From Chloroflexota bacterium (GTDB taxonomy: Bacteria > Chloroflexota > Dehalococcoidia > SHYD01 > JACQUQ01): DNA of 62,637 bases. This document shows positions 58,537-62,637 of the stretch, one piece after another. The position numbers and the translations under genes are program-made. Within the stretch, counting starts at the first letter, position 1; each line of letters opens with the position of its first letter. A model generated the notes under the pieces. That model was not told the origin of the DNA, did no database searches, and saw only the letters and a list, made by a program, of their open reading frames with translations. The stretch covers positions 1 to 62,637 of the forward strand of contig JACQUQ010000078.1 of assembly GCA_016210175.1 (NCBI GenBank). The letters run 5' to 3'.

Positions 58537-60093
58537 CTACGTCAGACGTAGGGCCCGACCAGGGAAGGCTCCGGTGTGCTGCCCCTGATCGATGACCAAC
58601 CGACCGTTGACCAGCACATAGTCAATGCCGATGGGAAACTGCTTGGGATCCTCAAAGGTGGCCGTGGCCTGCACCGTGTCGGGGTTGAAGATGACGATGT
58701 CCGCTTTCATGCCATCCCGCAGGATGCCCCGGTCCTTCAGGCCCAGGCGCTGGGCCGGGATGGCGGTCATCTTGCGCACCGCCTCCTCCAAGCGCAGGAG
58801 CTTCTCCTCGCGCACGAACTGGCCCAGGACGTAGGGGAAGGTGCCATAGGTGCGGGGGTTAGGTTTGTCCCCGGTGAGCAGGCCATCGCTGCTCACCATC
58901 TGGGCAGGATGCCGGAGGATGGTGCGGATGTTGTCCGGGTTGCCCGTGCGGGCAACAAAGGCCACCCCCAAGTTCTCCTCGATGAGCAAGTCACAGATGG
59001 TATCCACCAGGCGCTTGTCCTGGGCCTGGGCCATCTCCACCAGCGACCTGCCCTCCCATTCCTTGTTCTTCTCGGAGTTGATGTGGCTGAAGATGTAGCC
59101 GTCCAGGGTGCCGCTCCGGGGATAAATGTCGTCCTGGATCTGGTCCCGTACCTGGCGGCGCTGGATGCGCTCCAGAAGCGCCTGCGGGCCACCGGCGTGG
59201 ACCCAATAGGGCAGGAGGGAGTGCAGCAAGGTGCTGCCGGCGGCATAGGGATACTGGTCGAAGGTGACATCAACGCCGGCGTGGCGACTTTCGTCGATGA
59301 GGGCGAGCATCTTCTCCCCCATACCGTCCACGGGGTTATGGTAGTGGGAGATCTGCACCGGAACGCCGCTCTGCCGGCCGATGGCGATGGCCTCACGGAA
59401 GGGATCCAGCAGGGTATCGCCGAGAGAATACCGACAATGAGTCACGTAGATGCCGCCGTATTCGCTCACCGCCCGGCACAGCTCCACCACCTCGTTGGTA
59501 TCGCTATAGGCGCCCGGAATATAGGTCAGTCCGGTAGCGAACCCGAACGCGCCATCCCGCATCCCCTGGCGCACCAGGTCCTGCATACGCTGCAGTTCCT
59601 CTGCGGTGGGGAGTCGGGCCTCCCAGCCCATGGCCTCGATGCGCACCGCCGCGTGGGGAAGAAAATAGACCACGTTGCAGGAGGTGCGCTGCTCAAAGAG
59701 CGCCAGGAACTCCTTGACGGAGCCCCACCGGACATCGGCGGGCGGATAGCCATTGAGCGCCGCCAGATAGTCCAGGAGCGGCCCCAGGTTCTGCGGTGAG
59801 ATCGGGGCATAGGAGAGGCCGTCCATGCCCAGGGCCTCGGTGGTCACGCCCTGGCGCACCTTGGGCTCGTGGCGGGGGTCGGACAGCATCGCCAGGTCGG
59901 AATGGGAGTGCATGTCAATGAAACCCGGACACACCACATACCCCGTGGCATCGATGACCCGCCCCGCCAGTACGTGAGCGGTATCCCCGCGCAGGATGGT
60001 CAGGGTGTCGCCTTGTATACCAACATCGGCGCGAAACCAGGTCTGGCCCGTGCCATCGACCACACGACCGCCGCTGATGAGCAGATCAAACAC
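58537..60093 (-). CDS. N-acyl-D-amino-acid deacylase (amidohydrolase)
   Basis: PGFIDMHSHSD, QGVTTE, FDQYPY, PNPRTYGTFP, GMKADIVIF. Confidence 0.92.
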   Translation of the reverse strand: MFDLLISGGRVVDGTGQTWFRADVGIQGDTLTILRGDTAHVLAGRVIDATGYVVCPGFIDMHSHSDLAMLSDPRHEPKVRQGVTTEALGMDGLSYAPISPQNLGPLLDYLAALNGYPPADVRWGSVKEFLALFEQRTSCNVVYFLPHAAVRIEAMGWEARLPTAEELQRMQDLVRQGMRDGAFGFATGLTYIPGAYSDTNEVVELCRAVSEYGGIYVTHCRYSLGDTLLDPFREAIAIGRQSGVPVQISHYHNPVDGMGEKMLALIDESRHAGVDVTFDQYPYAAGSTLLHSLLPYWVHAGGPQALLERIQRRQVRDQIQDDIYPRSGTLDGYIFSHINSEKNKEWEGRSLVEMAQAQDKRLVDTICDLLIEENLGVAFVARTGNPDNIRTILRHPAQMVSSDGLLTGDKPNPRTYGTFPYVLGQFVREEKLLRLEEAVRKMTAIPAQRLGLKDRGILRDGMKADIVIFNPDTVQATATFEDPKQFPIGIDYVLVNGRLVIDQGQHTGAFPGRALRLT

Positions 60094-60494
60094 GGTCTCC
60101 CTCCCTCACATACGAGCGCGGGTGACGGTGGTGCGTTGGTCCACCATCCTGTCGGCCACGGCTGCCTTCCTTCTGCCGCAATGCTCTCCTTCGGCTGATC
60201 TTCTGCTGTCAAGAGCGACCGAAGAGCACGGTTGGAATGTACCACAGGCCCTGAGCCATTGCAACGTCAGGCCGCGATGGTTCCCTGGGGCTGCCGCTTG
60301 GTGCCCGCTTTGCCCGGCGTTGCCTCCTGACCCCACCACAACAGCACGCCCCGGCGCTGCTATCACAGCCCAGGGCGTGGTCAGGCAGGACACCCGGAAA
60401 GGCGTCCGACGGGAGCATGGTACCGCACGGGAGGGGAGCGCAAGGAAAGCGCAGCCTTCTCAGGCAGCGCTTGGTGCGCCGTGCTCAGCGCACC

Positions 60495-61889
60495 CTACAG
60501 TCCCAGCTTGCCCGGATTCAGGATGTGGTTGGGGTCCAGGGCCCGCTTGATGGCCCGCAGCACGTCGATCCCCTGGCCGTGCTCTCGCTCCATGAGGTGG
60601 GCCAGGCGCACCCCGACCCCGTGGACGTACTCCATGCTGCCGGCCATATCCTGGGCCAGCATCAGCACGGCATCGACGGCGGCAGCCAGGGCCGCCCGGT
60701 CCTCCTGCGCCGTACCCCGGCGCGAGAGGCTCATGCTGAACAGCTCCGGCTGGTTCCAGAGGCCGTACTCCCGGACCCGCACGCCGTGCCGGTGCAGGAG
60801 GTCACGGCAGCGGTCCCGGTACGCCAGCACTCGCGAGGCCGGCAAGGCCACGTGGACGTAGTCCCAGGTCTCCTCCGCGCCCACCCAGTGGGACAGGTCC
60901 TCGCCCGCGGAGCGCCGCGCAGCGAAGCGTTCGGCGATGGCATGCCGGGTCGTCCAGAACTCCTGGGCCACGGCCTCCGGCAACTCCTGCCCTCTGTGAT
61001 CGCGGCACACCAGCAGGGCCCGGCCCTCCTGGGCCGCCACCTCCTCCCGAAAGCCCTCGAAGCCCAGGTAGAGGGTAGCCGTGGGGTCGTCGTCTCCCTC
61101 GTCGCCGTAGTCCACCAGCGCGGGCGTGAGCCCGATGTGGAACATAGCGTCAATGGCATGGAAGCCCGCGGCGAAGTCCGGGAAGGTGAAGGCGTGCAGC
61201 GCGCGGGCCTCGGGCTTGGGGAACGCCCGCAGGGTGGCCGCGGTGATGATGCCGAAGACACCCTCCCCCCCGATGAACAGGTGGCGCAGGAGGGGGCCGG
61301 TGCTGGAGCGCGGGACGGGACGAAGGCGCAGCACATCGCCCATCGGGAGGACGACCTCCAGCCCCAGCACCTGGTCACCCATGGAGCCGTAGCGGGCGCC
61401 CCGGTAGCCCAGGCTGTTGGTGGAGATGGTGCCGCCGACGGTGGCAATGGGGACGGTCCAGGGATCGTGGCCCAGGATGAGGCCGTGCTCCTGGAGCGCC
61501 AGGTCCAGGTCTTTCAGGACCACCCCGGCCTGGGCGGTGGCCGTGCGGTCGCCTGGCTGTATCTCCAGGATACGGTTCATCTCGCTCAGGTCGAGCACAA
61601 TGCCCGGCTGCACCGTGAGCGCGCCGCCCATCAGCCCGGTGCCGCCGCCGTAGGGGACGATGGGTATCCGCTCCCGGTTGGCCAAGGTCACGACCTGGAC
61701 CACGTCTTCGGTGGAGCGGGGACGGACGACGACCAGGGGGCGGGTGGCAAGCTCCTGGTAGGCCAGGAAGGACCGGCCGGGGGCCAGGGCATCCCGGCCG
61801 TACCGGGACAGGGTGGGTTCCTCGTGGTGGACTTGGCCCGGGCGCAGCAGCTTGCCCAGGGCCTTGGCTAACTGATCTTCAGAGCGCAT
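60495..61889 (-). CDS. FAD-binding oxidoreductase (GlcD/D-lactate dehydrogenase family)
   Basis: PYGGGTGLMGG, ATVGG, GGEGVFGIIT, HGVG, DPNHILNPGK. Confidence 0.92.
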   Translation of the reverse strand: MRSEDQLAKALGKLLRPGQVHHEEPTLSRYGRDALAPGRSFLAYQELATRPLVVVRPRSTEDVVQVVTLANRERIPIVPYGGGTGLMGGALTVQPGIVLDLSEMNRILEIQPGDRTATAQAGVVLKDLDLALQEHGLILGHDPWTVPIATVGGTISTNSLGYRGARYGSMGDQVLGLEVVLPMGDVLRLRPVPRSSTGPLLRHLFIGGEGVFGIITAATLRAFPKPEARALHAFTFPDFAAGFHAIDAMFHIGLTPALVDYGDEGDDDPTATLYLGFEGFREEVAAQEGRALLVCRDHRGQELPEAVAQEFWTTRHAIAERFAARRSAGEDLSHWVGAEETWDYVHVALPASRVLAYRDRCRDLLHRHGVRVREYGLWNQPELFSMSLSRRGTAQEDRAALAAAVDAVLMLAQDMAGSMEYVHGVGVRLAHLMEREHGQGIDVLRAIKRALDPNHILNPGKLGL

Positions 61890-62012
61890 CGTCGGCCTCG
61901 CTTCTCCTGATATCGGGTGGCTGGCTCCCTGTGCTTTCAGCCTACCCCAGGCCAGCCTGGGGCGCAAGGGGCATGCGGCACCCGCAGCACAGACTCCGTC
62001 GGACCAGGCTGC

Positions 62013-62040
62013 TTGACATTGTTCCTTGCACGCGTATAAT
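62013..62040 (+). promoter_or_regulatory. Sigma70 promoter TTGACA-16-TATAAT
   Basis: Both consensus hexamers, upstream of the enoyl-CoA hydratase gene. Confidence 0.7.
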
Positions 62041-62144
62041 GAGGCCGATTCTCATCTTCCACCGGGCCTACGCACCGGGATGCGCAGGTCCACGGCGAGG
62101 GACCCGCGGGAGCGAGTACCCCTGGAAAGGGAGGGACGGCTGCG

Positions 62145-62637
62145 ATGGCGTTTACCGGGAATGAGGCGGTCCTGTACGAGAAGCGGGACAGAAAAGCATA
62201 TATTACCCTGAACCGGCCGGAAGCGATGAACGCGCTCAACACCGCGGTCCGTCAGGGCCTGCGCGCGGCCATGGAAGACCTGCGGGATGACGATGACATC
62301 CTGCTCGGCATCGTCACCGGCGGGGGTGGTCGGGCCTTCTCTGCCGGCATGGACCTCAAAGAGCGGACCCAGTTGGACCAGGCCGGCGGCCTCCAGCAGC
62401 GAGAGGCGCCCCGGGACGGCCGCTTCACGGAACTGGGGGTCTGGAAGCCGCTCATCGCCGCGATTGACGGCTACTGCCTGGCGGGGGGCCTGGAACTGGC
62501 CCTGGAGTGCGACATCCGCATTGCCACCCAGCAGTCCCGCTTCGGCCTGCCGGAGCCGCGGCGCAGCCTGCTGGCCGGCTACGGCCTGCACAACCTGTCC
62601 CGCATGATCCCCCTGGGCCACGCGCTCTACATCCAGC
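62145..62637 (+). CDS. Enoyl-CoA hydratase/isomerase (runs off the window end)
   Basis: ITLNRPEAMNALN, RAFSAGMDLKE, KPLIAAIDGYCLAGGLELALECD, FGLPE. Confidence 0.92.
   Translation, partial: MAFTGNEAVLYEKRDRKAYITLNRPEAMNALNTAVRQGLRAAMEDLRDDDDILLGIVTGGGGRAFSAGMDLKERTQLDQAGGLQQREAPRDGRFTELGVWKPLIAAIDGYCLAGGLELALECDIRIATQQSRFGLPEPRRSLLAGYGLHNLSRMIPLGHALYIQ

Overview
High-GC bacterial chromosome window, probably Chloroflexota-like (inferred from gene content, not verified). The left ~25 kb is a minus-strand defence locus. In transcription order it reads: ECF-like sigma factor, small HTH-like protein, ImmA/IrrE-type metallopeptidase, NurA-like nuclease, HerA ATPase, cas6, cas1, a type I-B effector module (cas8 with a likely internal cas11, cas7, cas5, cas3), cas2, cas4, a Csx1 with an extra C-terminal CARF domain, a type III-B module (cmr1-cmr6, HD-less GGDD Cas10), a frameshifted Csa1-type cas4, a leader and an 8-repeat CRISPR array. 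The distal end of the array is cut by a decayed IS1-family element that abuts an IS5-family remnant. The best candidate for an undescribed system is the sigma/HTH/IrrE/NurA/HerA module placed directly ahead of cas6-cas1. The rest is mostly housekeeping: MarR/TetR/RND efflux, flavin reductase, rtcB-archease, pncB, ffh, acnA, porCDAB, recF, thiL-tsaE-tsaB, a threonine dehydratase, 2-oxoacid dehydrogenase E1/E2, tRNA-Glu, a D-aminoacylase, an FAD oxidoreductase and a partial enoyl-CoA hydratase. All calls come from motif recognition by eye; no database search was run.
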